A DNA stretch of 64,000 nt, from NCBI GenBank assembly GCA_020351995.1, contig CP070674.1, forward strand, positions 3,299,747 to 3,363,746, written 5' to 3'. A program made the translations under genes and the position numbers. Origin of the DNA: Candidatus Zixiibacteriota bacterium (GTDB lineage: Bacteria; Zixibacteria; MSB-5A5; GN15; FEB-12). Under the pieces are notes generated by a model that was given only the letters and a program-made list of their open reading frames with translations, had not been told where the DNA came from and did no database searches. Positions 36,695 to 46,900 of the stretch are shown one piece after another (position 1 is the stretch's first letter; the number at the start of each line of letters is the position of its first letter).

Positions 36695-38503
36695 ATGGCT
36701 AATACAGAAAAGAGCCGTCCAATCTGGGAGCGTCCCACTTTCGCCCTGACAGCTCTTCCCCTGCTGGCCTTTCTTTTGAACATATCCTTTCTCAAAGCTG
36801 GTTTCTACGCCGATGATTTCTTTTTTCTCAACATATTCGGCAATCATCCTCAGCCTTTCTCATGGTGGAAAGGCTTGTGGTCTATCGAAAGTTACCCCGG
36901 CTTTGAACAACTCTGGTGGTTTGAGCCGGGCTGGACGGCCTCTTTCTGGAGGCCGCTTCCGAGCCTGATAATACAAGGTTCTATCCTTCTGTTCGGCCCG
37001 AATCCGTTTCCGCTGCATCTGCTGTCCCTTTTGCTTCACGCGGGCGTCACAGTGTCGCTTTACTGGTTGGTGAGGCGTTTGACAGGCCGACATCTGTTTG
37101 CCTTCCTGGTCGGACTCGTTTACGTGACCTGTGAAGATCACCCCCTGACTGTAGGGTGGATCGCGACCATCACGGACCTGCTGGCGGTTCAGTTTATCCT
37201 TATTTCGCTGTTGTGTCATATTCGATGGCTGAAGCGCCGGAGCAAATCGGCACTGATTGGATCGCTGGTGGCCATAGTGGTAGCTCTGGGATGCAAGGAA
37301 ACGGCGTCGGTGGCACCTCTGGCTATATTTATCCTGACTTTTCTGATGCCGACCGGCCAGGAGGATTATGACGTTAATTCAGCCGCACTACGAGACCGTT
37401 TAACGCGCGCGGCAAAGGACTGGTTATCGTGGCTCCCGCCGGCAGCAGTGCTGGTGTGTTACCTCGTGTTTTACCGGGCTCTTGGTTTCGGCAATATGAA
37501 CACTCTGCTGTACACCAATCCTCTCACCCACTTCAATGAGTATCTCGGTCATCTGGCCCTACACCTTCCGATCATGTGGTTGGGGACGTTCTCCGTGTGG
37601 CCACCTTTCGTGCTGATTATCTTTCGTGATATCATCCCACCGATGGCCATCGCTGGCGGGGTTCTCTTTCTTGTTTGGCTGGGAGCTTTGTGGCCATTCA
37701 GGTACAGGCCGGTGGCATTATGGGCCTTTGTGTTATACTTGTTGGCCCTGCTACCACAGTTGAGTACTGATGCCAGCGAGCGTGGCCTGTATTTTCCGAT
37801 GATCTTTGCCAGTATCCTTATCGCGTGCGTGCTCAGCAGCATCGGCCCAATGGCGCGAAGGATTTATCCTGACCTGCCCGTCCATCCACGGTTGACCCGA
37901 ATAGTCGGATGGATGGCTGTCGGGACGATCTTGATTCCCGGCATTATAATCTCGATTATCAGGCCTGCGCTGATGGATGAGGCGTTTGCCCGGACCGAAC
38001 GGGAACTCGTTACCGCTATACCGCACGTGGAACAGCGACAGCCAGAGGATATTATCATATTGAACGCTTCCGGTTTTGGACCGGCTCTTTACTCGTGGGA
38101 TATTCTCAACTACCATGCTCAGGGACCTCTTGACGTCTGGCTGCTGTCGGCAGCAAATGGGGTGTTCAGTCTTCAACGCGAAGATGATTCCTCCTTTGTC
38201 ATTCAAACCGATCGACATGGATGGATCGATAACTGGTTTGCGCGGGTGATGCGGACCGGGGAACCTCTTTATGCCGGAAGAGAATATGAAACCCGTGTTT
38301 TCACGGCCACGATACTAGAATTGGTCGACGACGGCAGCGATGTTCTGTCGGTTCGCTTCGATCTCAAGCGCAGTCTGGACGATCCGGGCTGGCTGTTCCT
38401 GCGCTGGAACGGCAAAGCGTTTGAGCCGCTTGATATCGCCGGGCTCAAGGTGGGAGAGACGATAGAACTGGCCGATACATCCGATATCTGGAAGTCCATG
38501 TAG
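36695..38503 (+). CDS. Polytopic membrane protein, putative GT-C-fold glycosyltransferase (ArnT/PMT-like)
   Basis: More than 10 TM helices, acidic YADDFFF in the first loop and a soluble C-terminal domain. Assignment rests on architecture only. Confidence 0.35.
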   Translation: MANTEKSRPIWERPTFALTALPLLAFLLNISFLKAGFYADDFFFLNIFGNHPQPFSWWKGLWSIESYPGFEQLWWFEPGWTASFWRPLPSLIIQGSILLFGPNPFPLHLLSLLLHAGVTVSLYWLVRRLTGRHLFAFLVGLVYVTCEDHPLTVGWIATITDLLAVQFILISLLCHIRWLKRRSKSALIGSLVAIVVALGCKETASVAPLAIFILTFLMPTGQEDYDVNSAALRDRLTRAAKDWLSWLPPAAVLVCYLVFYRALGFGNMNTLLYTNPLTHFNEYLGHLALHLPIMWLGTFSVWPPFVLIIFRDIIPPMAIAGGVLFLVWLGALWPFRYRPVALWAFVLYLLALLPQLSTDASERGLYFPMIFASILIACVLSSIGPMARRIYPDLPVHPRLTRIVGWMAVGTILIPGIIISIIRPALMDEAFARTERELVTAIPHVEQRQPEDIIILNASGFGPALYSWDILNYHAQGPLDVWLLSAANGVFSLQREDDSSFVIQTDRHGWIDNWFARVMRTGEPLYAGREYETRVFTATILELVDDGSDVLSVRFDLKRSLDDPGWLFLRWNGKAFEPLDIAGLKVGETIELADTSDIWKSM

Positions 38504-38602
38504 GTGCTCTGCCCCTTCAAACAAAACAGTTGCGTGCCTCACCCAAAATGATTAGTAAATAGAACATTTAACGACTTGACCGCAACGGCAGGAGATACGA
38601 AA

Positions 38603-39508
38603 ATGAAAACTACCAAACTTATAACGCTGGCAATCATTATACTGGCTGTTGTCGCTGCCTCGTGCGGTGACAAGAAAAAGGCAAAAAAGCCTGTCGGCAC
38701 GGCTGACTACCTGGTGGCGACGGTTGACTCTATCGGTTTAGAAAGGACCACGGACCCGGAGCTGTATGTCGGTGATTCTCTCTGGGAATACATAAACGGC
38801 GGCGCCGAGCTATATCATCTGTACAATTTTGTCGAGGTAGCCACAGCTTATTACAATAAGCAGGGCGTGGAGATGGTGGTGGATATATACAAGTTTGACA
38901 GCCCCGAATACGCTTTTGGTCTTTATTCCATGCTCCGGCCGGAGAAGGCCAACCCGGTGGAGTTAGGTGTGGAAGGATTTGGCTCGGTGACCAATCTGGT
39001 ATTCGTCAAAGGCCAATATGTTGTGATGCTGACCGGTTTCGACCAGTCTGAGGAAGTAGCTACGGCAATCAGCAGCACCGGACCCGTCTTCGAAGAGATT
39101 GTTCCCGGTATTCTGGCGCGCCCGGCGGTGTTCGATATCTTTCCCGCCGATAATGCTATCGACGGCTCCGCCAAACTGTTCGCGGAGTCATTCCTTGGGC
39201 AGGCGTTTCTGCGTAATGTTTACACGGTATCATACGCCCTGGCGGAAGACACGCTCAGGTTGTTTCTCACGTATGACCAGGGGGGGGCGAAGTTTATCGA
39301 ATGGAAAGACATATCCGGAACCCAGCCCCACGCGGCGGCATCGACTCTTCCGTACGATGACGGACTGGTAATACTCCTGACAGACAGTTATTATGGCACC
39401 ATCGTGGCCGGTTTGAAAGCCGGAATGCTGGTAGGAGCAGTTGGCTACAAGCAAGGGAACGAAGAGTTTCTACGCAACTGGCTGAATTCAATTACGCCGA
39501 CGTCTTAG
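38603..39508 (+). CDS. Lipoprotein, function unknown
   Basis: MKTTKLITLAIIILAVVAASC lipobox. ATG 38603 is preceded by GGAGAT. Confidence 0.55.
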   Translation: MKTTKLITLAIIILAVVAASCGDKKKAKKPVGTADYLVATVDSIGLERTTDPELYVGDSLWEYINGGAELYHLYNFVEVATAYYNKQGVEMVVDIYKFDSPEYAFGLYSMLRPEKANPVELGVEGFGSVTNLVFVKGQYVVMLTGFDQSEEVATAISSTGPVFEEIVPGILARPAVFDIFPADNAIDGSAKLFAESFLGQAFLRNVYTVSYALAEDTLRLFLTYDQGGAKFIEWKDISGTQPHAAASTLPYDDGLVILLTDSYYGTIVAGLKAGMLVGAVGYKQGNEEFLRNWLNSITPTS

Positions 39509-39533
39509 TCGCTGGTGGCCACCCGCCGATTAA

Positions 39534-40778
39534 CTACGCGTAAATCGTTTTCAACTCGTCGACACGATGAGTTATATCAACTGTGCTGGCACATCTCGCC
39601 TGACAGGAGGAACAGCGGGCACATGCCTTAAGGCCAGATGCCGACGGAATTCCGTCGATAGTAGCTCGCGCTTTATAGAAATCCCCGTACTGAGCCGCAT
39701 ACATATGCGTCCGCATCAAGGTGGGGATATCGACGCCCTCGGGGCAGCTGGCCAGGCATTTACGGCACTGGCGACAGAAGCCTATTCCAAGCTTGATGCC
39801 GTTATCAGAAACGAATTTTGCTTCCTCTTCGGTGTATTCCAGGTCATAAGCGACGGAAAGATCCTGGCGCATGTGCTCGAAGTTGACAAAACCCGGGATA
39901 CAGGTCGCTATGTTTTCGTTGCGCATGACCCATTTGAGGCAGGCTTTGGCGATAGTCGAACTCGAGTAGTTTTTTCTGGACTCCGGGTTGGGCCAGCGGG
40001 TTCCCCCGGCCATGACTTTCATGCCCACAACTGCCACGCCTTTGGCAGCGGCGTCGCTGATAGCCTTGAGAAGTTTAGTGTCATCGGCCATAGTGAAGTT
40101 AATAGATGTCAGCACCAGGTCGAAAAATCCATTCCGCGTCACGCCTTCTATTACGTGCGCCATATTGGAGTGGGTAGTTACGCCGGTGTAGCGGATCTTA
40201 CCCTGATCTTTCAGGGCCATCAGACTCTCGATCACCGCCTGGTCGTTAATGTCGCGGGGGTTATCCGCCTCGTATACGTAGAATATGTCGATATAGTCGG
40301 TACCCAAACGGCGCAGGCTTCCCTCGCAGGATGTTATCATTTTTCGTTTGACTTCCACCGGGGATATTCCGCGCAGTTTGTTATAGTCAAATTCGCTGGT
40401 GGCAATCACGACTTTGTCCCGAATTTTCAACCGATTGACCGCGCGGCCGAGGTGTTCCTCAATGCGACCAAACTGGTAACCGGCGGAGGCATTGAAATAG
40501 CGCACACCGGCTTCACAAGCAGCGTGAACCAGTTCAGGGTTGCTGGCGTTCATTATGCCGAAGCCTACGATGGGAACTTCGTACCCGGTGCGACCGAGCT
40601 TGCGGCAGATCATTTCCTTGCCGGAATCGTCGTCAGCCGGCGTTTCCTGCTTGGCCTCCGAGCAGGAAGGAACCAGTTTTACCAGCCCCGCGGACACCAA
40701 ACCAGCGGTAGTCGCCGATAGGAACTTCCGCCTGTTTAAATCCGGACCTCTGTTCGTCACCCCATCCTCCTTTATCAT
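39534..40778 (-). CDS. Tat-signal aldo/keto reductase fused to a C-terminal 2x[4Fe-4S]-type Cys motif domain (COG1453-like)
   Basis: NRRKFLSATTAGLVSAGLV, an AKR core, and C-terminal CRQCRKCLASCP plus CARCSSCQARC. Confidence 0.75.
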   Translation of the reverse strand: MIKEDGVTNRGPDLNRRKFLSATTAGLVSAGLVKLVPSCSEAKQETPADDDSGKEMICRKLGRTGYEVPIVGFGIMNASNPELVHAACEAGVRYFNASAGYQFGRIEEHLGRAVNRLKIRDKVVIATSEFDYNKLRGISPVEVKRKMITSCEGSLRRLGTDYIDIFYVYEADNPRDINDQAVIESLMALKDQGKIRYTGVTTHSNMAHVIEGVTRNGFFDLVLTSINFTMADDTKLLKAISDAAAKGVAVVGMKVMAGGTRWPNPESRKNYSSSTIAKACLKWVMRNENIATCIPGFVNFEHMRQDLSVAYDLEYTEEEAKFVSDNGIKLGIGFCRQCRKCLASCPEGVDIPTLMRTHMYAAQYGDFYKARATIDGIPSASGLKACARCSSCQARCASTVDITHRVDELKTIYA

Positions 40779-40798
40779 CTGCGGACACTTAGTACAAA

Positions 40799-42025
40799 TC
40801 AGCAGTACATAGCTTTCAGCTCATCAATGCGGCGGGCAATGTCAACAGTATTGGCGCATTGGGCCCCGCATTCGAGACAATCTCTGCACACGTTGATGCT
40901 GGACCTTGCCGGAATACCGTCCAGAGTGCCGCGTGCGATCTTGAAGTTGGCGTACTGGGCCGCATACATGTGCACGCGCATAAGAGTTGGAACATCAACG
41001 CCGTCGGGGCAGGTGGCCAGACATTTGTTACACTGGCGGCAATAACCCATACTGAGTTTGATATTGTTGTCAGAAAGGAGTTTCTTCTCCTGCTCGGTAT
41101 ATTCCAGATTGTAGGCGACAGAGAAATCCTCGCGCATGTGCTCGTAGTTAGTGTAGCCGGGAATGCTGGTGCTTATGCTCTCATTACGCAGAACCCATTT
41201 CAGGGCCGCGGTGGCTATGGTAGAACTGGTATAATCCCTGCGCGATTGAGGGTTGGGCCAGCGGGCACCGCCGGCAAGCGCTTTCATGGCCACAATGCCA
41301 ACTCCATTGGCGGCCGCGTTTTTGATAGCTTCCAGCAGACCGGCGTCATCCGCCATCGTGAAGTTTATGGCCGTCAAGACTACATCATAGAAGCCACCGC
41401 TTACGGCTGCATTTATGACGTCGGCCATGGCCGCGTGGGTGGCAAGTCCGGTAGACCTGACTTTGCCCTGCTGTTTGAGAGTTTTCAGCCCTTCGATGAT
41501 GCCCTGGTCAGCAACGGTCTCCGCGTCGCGAACGTCATGGATATACATGATATCGACATAGTCGGTTCCCAACCGGCTCAAGCTGGCCTCGCAGGCCTCG
41601 ATCAGCTTTGTTTTGGATTGTTCCGGCGTCAAGCCGCGCCTTTGCTGGGGGATGAAATTTTTGGTGCCGATGACGACTTTGTCGCGGACCTTCAGTTTGT
41701 TAATAACACTCCCGACCATCTGCTCGTTGCGACCGAATTGATAATAAGCGGCCGTGTCGAAGTGGCGAATACCTTCTTCGTATGACGCCTGAACAATCTC
41801 GGGATTATTGCTGTTCATCACACCCATGCTTACAATCGGTACCTTGAGGCCAGTTCGGCCGATGGTACGATAGATGAGCTTCTTTTCTTTAGTACCTTCT
41901 GGAGTTTCGGTTTCCTGTGCGAACACTTTTCCCGGCGTGAAATTTACTAACCCTGCCGACACCAGCCCGGTGGCGGCCGTGGATATGAAACTACGCCTGG
42001 TATAATCTGAGCCCTTGCCTGACAT
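40799..42025 (-). CDS. Tat-signal aldo/keto reductase-ferredoxin fusion, tandem paralogue
   Basis: TRRSFISTAATGLVSAGLV, CRQCNKCLATCP and CRDCLECGAQC. Collinear with the downstream paralogue. ATG 42025 follows AAGGAGA, and the longer ORF start at 42100 would overlap the next gene. Confidence 0.75.
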   Translation of the reverse strand: MSGKGSDYTRRSFISTAATGLVSAGLVNFTPGKVFAQETETPEGTKEKKLIYRTIGRTGLKVPIVSMGVMNSNNPEIVQASYEEGIRHFDTAAYYQFGRNEQMVGSVINKLKVRDKVVIGTKNFIPQQRRGLTPEQSKTKLIEACEASLSRLGTDYVDIMYIHDVRDAETVADQGIIEGLKTLKQQGKVRSTGLATHAAMADVINAAVSGGFYDVVLTAINFTMADDAGLLEAIKNAAANGVGIVAMKALAGGARWPNPQSRRDYTSSTIATAALKWVLRNESISTSIPGYTNYEHMREDFSVAYNLEYTEQEKKLLSDNNIKLSMGYCRQCNKCLATCPDGVDVPTLMRVHMYAAQYANFKIARGTLDGIPARSSINVCRDCLECGAQCANTVDIARRIDELKAMYC

Positions 42026-42065
42026 TACTTTCTCCTTCACTGTTATTCCAAATACGTCACTTGCT

Positions 42066-43634
42066 TTACTTCTGAAGGTCCTGCAGACCCTGAGTGGCAT
42101 TGTTTAAAAGTATCTCTTGCACCGCAGGGTCAATCAGCGAATCCGCCGGTAGCACCTCGAGTACCCTCTGGTAACACATGATCGCCGTTTCGGTATCCCC
42201 ACTGGCAATGCAGGCGTCGGCGTAACTGTCCCAGACGTTAGCGGAATTGGGGAACGCTTCGGTGTTTATCTTGAAAATCATGCGAGCTTCCTCGAGTTGA
42301 TTTGCCTGAAGCAGTCCATAACCGGCGGCATTCAATGTTGCCTCTTGAAAGAATACGTAGCCCGGCCTGGATTTCTTGAAAGCTTCATAAATCTCGACGG
42401 CCCGGTCAATTCGGTCTGCCTGGATCATTTCCATGAACTGGGCTTCGGTGGGAGGTGCTGTTTCATTCTCGAGAATGGTGAGCTCAAACTTTCTTTCCGC
42501 CGCCGGCATAAGCCCGGCGCTCAATCCCTCTTTCTTGAGAAGCAGGTGAACTTCCAGAAAGTCCCTGGTTAGCTCACATATAGTCCGGTAATTTGACAGG
42601 CTCCCGAGGGCCGGTGTGACCATGCTGTCGGGAACGATACTCGAAGTGATAGTGTACTGGGTAAAGTCGTTGCTTACAAATCCGGGCATTCCCGCCAGAT
42701 ATCGGAGGGAGTATAAGAGCGAATCGGTAAGGCTGAGATCAAGGTTTTCATGTGCGGAGATGTAGATCTGAAGAAGCGGAACGTCGGCTCCAATGACATT
42801 GAATGACGGAAAGGTAGCCGCCAAATCGATTCCATCTTTATGAGCCTGGGTTCCGTCAAGGACCACAACCGCCTCGATATCGGTGTTGCGCATTTGCATG
42901 AGCAGGGCCGATAGGCCGCCCATGCCGCAGCCTACCACAGCCGGTCTGGACATGTCAACGTGGGGATACTGATACATTGAGCCGTAAACTAACTCACGGT
43001 CCCTAACCATGGTTTCCAGATTAGCAGCGTTCACCATTACCGGTAAGTCTGCGGTGCCGAAGGTGTGGCTGGTGGCGACGATGTAACCGTGGCTGGCAAG
43101 ATATTCGCAGAGGGCGGCGTTTTCGCAATAGGCGCGGTTAACATCGGGATGATAGATAATCAGGGGAAAGGAACCCTCAGCCCGTTCTGCTTTCTTGGTT
43201 GCCCCCACCCTTAGATTCATCATATCGGCCAGCAGGTTTAAGCTACCCAACAGCGGTACCAGATAATTCGCTTCCCTTGCCTGAAGTCCCGAGAGGAGAT
43301 CGTAGAAGCGGGGGTCCTCGGGAGCGGGAAAGGCGTATTCTCCATATACCATGGGTCGGTCGGTTGGATTCGCCTTCGCCGGATACCAGACACATAACTG
43401 AATCGGCCTGGCAGTCTGGCGCTCCCGGAGATTTCCGTCGTAATCGTACTTATCACGAAAAGTGCGCGAATAGTCGAACTTCTCAATGGTCTCGAAACCG
43501 ACGGCATACTGACCCGGTTCCAATCCGCCCCAGAACACAGAGGGTATATCGCCAACAGCAGGATTGGCCGACATCAGAATACTCAGCCAAATAAGACCAA
43601 AGGCACGCATAGCTTTCTGTACTGTATTAGGCAT
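42066..43634 (-). CDS. Secreted alpha/beta-hydrolase-fold-like protein with C-terminal TPR-like region
   Basis: Signal peptide and a PAF-acetylhydrolase/dienelactone-hydrolase-like layout. The nucleophile-elbow position reads VVGCGMGGLS rather than G-x-S-x-G. Helical repeats at the C-terminus. Confidence 0.4.
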   Translation of the reverse strand: MPNTVQKAMRAFGLIWLSILMSANPAVGDIPSVFWGGLEPGQYAVGFETIEKFDYSRTFRDKYDYDGNLRERQTARPIQLCVWYPAKANPTDRPMVYGEYAFPAPEDPRFYDLLSGLQAREANYLVPLLGSLNLLADMMNLRVGATKKAERAEGSFPLIIYHPDVNRAYCENAALCEYLASHGYIVATSHTFGTADLPVMVNAANLETMVRDRELVYGSMYQYPHVDMSRPAVVGCGMGGLSALLMQMRNTDIEAVVVLDGTQAHKDGIDLAATFPSFNVIGADVPLLQIYISAHENLDLSLTDSLLYSLRYLAGMPGFVSNDFTQYTITSSIVPDSMVTPALGSLSNYRTICELTRDFLEVHLLLKKEGLSAGLMPAAERKFELTILENETAPPTEAQFMEMIQADRIDRAVEIYEAFKKSRPGYVFFQEATLNAAGYGLLQANQLEEARMIFKINTEAFPNSANVWDSYADACIASGDTETAIMCYQRVLEVLPADSLIDPAVQEILLNNATQGLQDLQK

Positions 43635-43951
43635 GCTTATCTCCCTTGAATTAGAACGAAATGTTCATAATTGTTAACGTTATACTACTCAATGAACAGC
43701 GGGCATGTCAAGTAATGGCGACTCTACATTGGGATAGCTTACATTACGTGAGAATCGACTGGGTGTTGCCCGGTCATGCCCCGGATATTGTGAGAGCCGG
43801 CTGGCCGGCGCCGGTGCGCCCGGTTAGAAAATCCTTGTGGAATCGATAAACGTAATGTAGATTTCAACTTAGGCTATATTCACACGTCCTTCATGTGCGG
43901 GGGTAGTTCCAGACGCACCCCATTGACCCCTTGCTTACAGGGTTAAAAGTG

Positions 43952-46900
43952 ATGAAGCGAAAGAATACCTCACATTTCGGGCCTGATTCGGGCCAGCGCG
44001 CGGGGCAAGACCTTCAGCGGAAACTCCAGTTGTTAGATACCGCTCTGCACCATCTTGTTCATCCGTTTTGTGTTATCGATGCCAAGGACTACACAGTTCT
44101 GCTGGATAATTCGCAACCGGATCTTCTCCCGTCAAAACCCGGCATTAAGTGTTACGCCTCCATCCACGGCGGCACCAAGCCATGTAGTCAGTCAGGGGAG
44201 CTCTGTCCGCTTGAGCTCGTCAGGAAAACGGGGCAACCGACAGTGGTTGAGCACATCCATCGCGGCAGTGACGACGAGCCACGGTACTTCGAAGTACACG
44301 GCTATCCCGTGCTCGGCGAAGGCGGCGAAGTTGTCAGTATCATAGAATTTTCTTTCGATATCACCGAACGGAAGCGGTCCGATGCCCGGCAGCAGTTCGC
44401 CATGAAACTGCTGGGTGTGCTTAACCAGTCCTCTGAGAAGACAGACTCCATCAGTGCGATCTTGTATTCGGTCAAAGATTTCACCGGTGTTGAGGCCGTG
44501 GGGATTCGGCTCAAGGAGGGTGATGATTACCCGTATTATGAGACTTCCGGATTCCCAGCCGTATTTGTTGAAAAGGAGAACTTTCTTTGTGTGAGGGACC
44601 ACGAAGGCAACGTGGTTATCGATGAGAACGGACAGGCCGAGCTGGAATGCATGTGCGGAAACGTCATTCGCGGGCGCACGGATCCTTCCCAGCCGTTTTT
44701 CACCAAAGGGGGTAGTTTTTGGAGCAACTGTACGACCGACCTGCTGGCTTCGACAACAGAGACCGAGCGGCAGGGACATACTCGCAATATATGCAATGCC
44801 AGCGGGTACGAATCGGTTGCGCTCATCCCTTTGACTTCTATCGATGAGACCGTGGGCCTGTTGCAGTTGAACGACAAGCGTAAGAACACGTTTACGCTGG
44901 ACATGATAGAGTTTTTCGAGGGCATCGGGGCCAGCGTGGGAATCGCCCTGGCGCGAAACCGGGCCGAGGAGGCCCTGCGACGGGCACATGATGAACTGGA
45001 GAAACGGGTCGAAGAGCGAACGGCAGCCCTGGCTGCCAGCAACGAACGACTCAAGACCGAGATTGCCGAGCATCAACAGACTACTCTTACGTTGCGTCGC
45101 ACCGCTCGAGCTCTCGAAGTCTTGAGTGAAAGCAACCAGGCCCTGGTACGGGCCAAAAGCGAATCGGAACTACTCGAGAAAATCTGTGAAATAATTGTAG
45201 GTATCGGTCGCTACAGACTGGTCTGGGTCGGTTACGCCGAGAGCGGCCCCGACAAACGCGTGCGTCCGGTCAGCCAGGCGGGCTTCGAAGAGGGCTATCT
45301 TGATACGCTTAACATCAGTTGGGATGATGTTGAACGAGGTCGTGGTCCGACCGGCACCGCCATTCGCACCGGAGAGCCATCGATATCAAAAGACATAATG
45401 ACAGATCCCCGTTTTAGCCTGTGGCGCGCCGAGGCTTCGAAGCGCGGCTACGCCTCGTCGATCGCCTTGCCTCTTCGTTCAGGCGAAAAAGTTCTGGGCG
45501 CACTAAACATATATGCCGCAGAGCCCGACGCCTTCGATGAGAATGAGGTGGAGTTGTTGAAAGAACTTGGCGATGATCTCACCTTTGGCATTATGTCGCT
45601 GCGTACCGAGGCCAAGCGCCTTGCCGCCGAGGAGGCTCTTGGTGAGAGCGAAGCCAGGTATCGTCAACTGGTTGAAGGGACGGACAACCTGGTCGCCCAA
45701 TTGAACGCCGAGGGTATAATTACGTTCGTCAACGCTACTGCTGAAAAGCTCCTGGGACTTTCACCACAAGAATGCCTCGGATTAAGCTGGTTCGATCTAA
45801 TTCCCCAGGAAGACAAGAAGCGGGCGACGGAAACGTATGCGGAGTGGGTGCGATCAGGAGTCCGGCATACAACAATTGAAAACCGGGTTATCGGCAAGTC
45901 AGGTGCGATTATTGATATGGTCTGGGCTATCGACTTCCACCGTGACGAAGACGGCACTTTGCTGTTTGTAAACGGCATTGCCCGGGACATAACCGAACGC
46001 AAGCGAACCGAGAAAGCCCTGCACTATCGCCTGGAGTTTGAGCGGCTGATCACCAACCTGAGTACCAGCTTCATACACCTGAGCGCAGACGATATCAGCG
46101 CCGGCATCAATCGCGCCCTCAAGGCCATCGGACGCTTCGCCGCCATAGACAGAAGTTACATTTTCGATTTCTCCGATGATGGGACAACGATGGACAACAC
46201 CTACGAGTGGTGCCACGAAGGAATCAAACCGCAGATCGATACTTTGCAGAATCTGTCAACCGGTGACTTCCCGTGGAGTATGACGAAGCTGAGAAGATTC
46301 AAGGCGATCCCGATTTCACGGGTGGCCGATCTTCCACCTGAAGCCGCCGCCGAGAAGGAGATTTTTGTCAAGCAGAGTATCCAGTCTCTCATATTGGTAC
46401 CGCTGGTATACGGTGCGCGTCTTCTTGGTTTTGTTGGACTTGACGCTGTCAGGGAAGAACGTAAATGGGACGAGAACATTGAGTCTCTGCTCAAGATAGC
46501 CGGCGACATGTTTGTTAATGCCATCGTCAGAGCTCGCAGTGAGAAAGAGCTACGACGGGCCCACGAGGACCTTCTTGCTGAGCGCAAGGCATTGGAAGCC
46601 AAGAACATTGCTTTGCGCGAGGTTCTATCCAGCTTCGAAGACGAGAAGAAGGCAACCCGTACCCAGATCACGACCAATGTGGAAGAATCGCTGCTACCGC
46701 TGCTGGAGCGCATAAAAGAGCGCAGCCGTGGTCCCCAACTTCAACTGGTGGGACTCCTTGAGCAATATCTAATGGACATTGCCTCCCCATTTATCGACAA
46801 ACTCAAGAGCCAATTCTCCAGACTCACACCGCGGGAACTGGAAATCTGCACTATGATAAAGGCCGGTCGCCCGTCGAAGGATATTGCAGCTGCGCTCAAT

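Noticed and set aside
39567-41785. Long antisense ORFs (384 aa and 308 aa) opposite both aldo/keto reductase paralogues
   Set aside because: The sense frames carry Tat signals, AKR cores and ferredoxin motifs. The antisense ORFs resemble each other only because the sense genes are paralogues. They have no RBS or motifs.
44192-45076. 294-aa antisense ORF inside the PAS/GAF/LuxR gene
   Set aside because: The sense strand has unambiguous domain content. The antisense product is low-complexity and has no start context.
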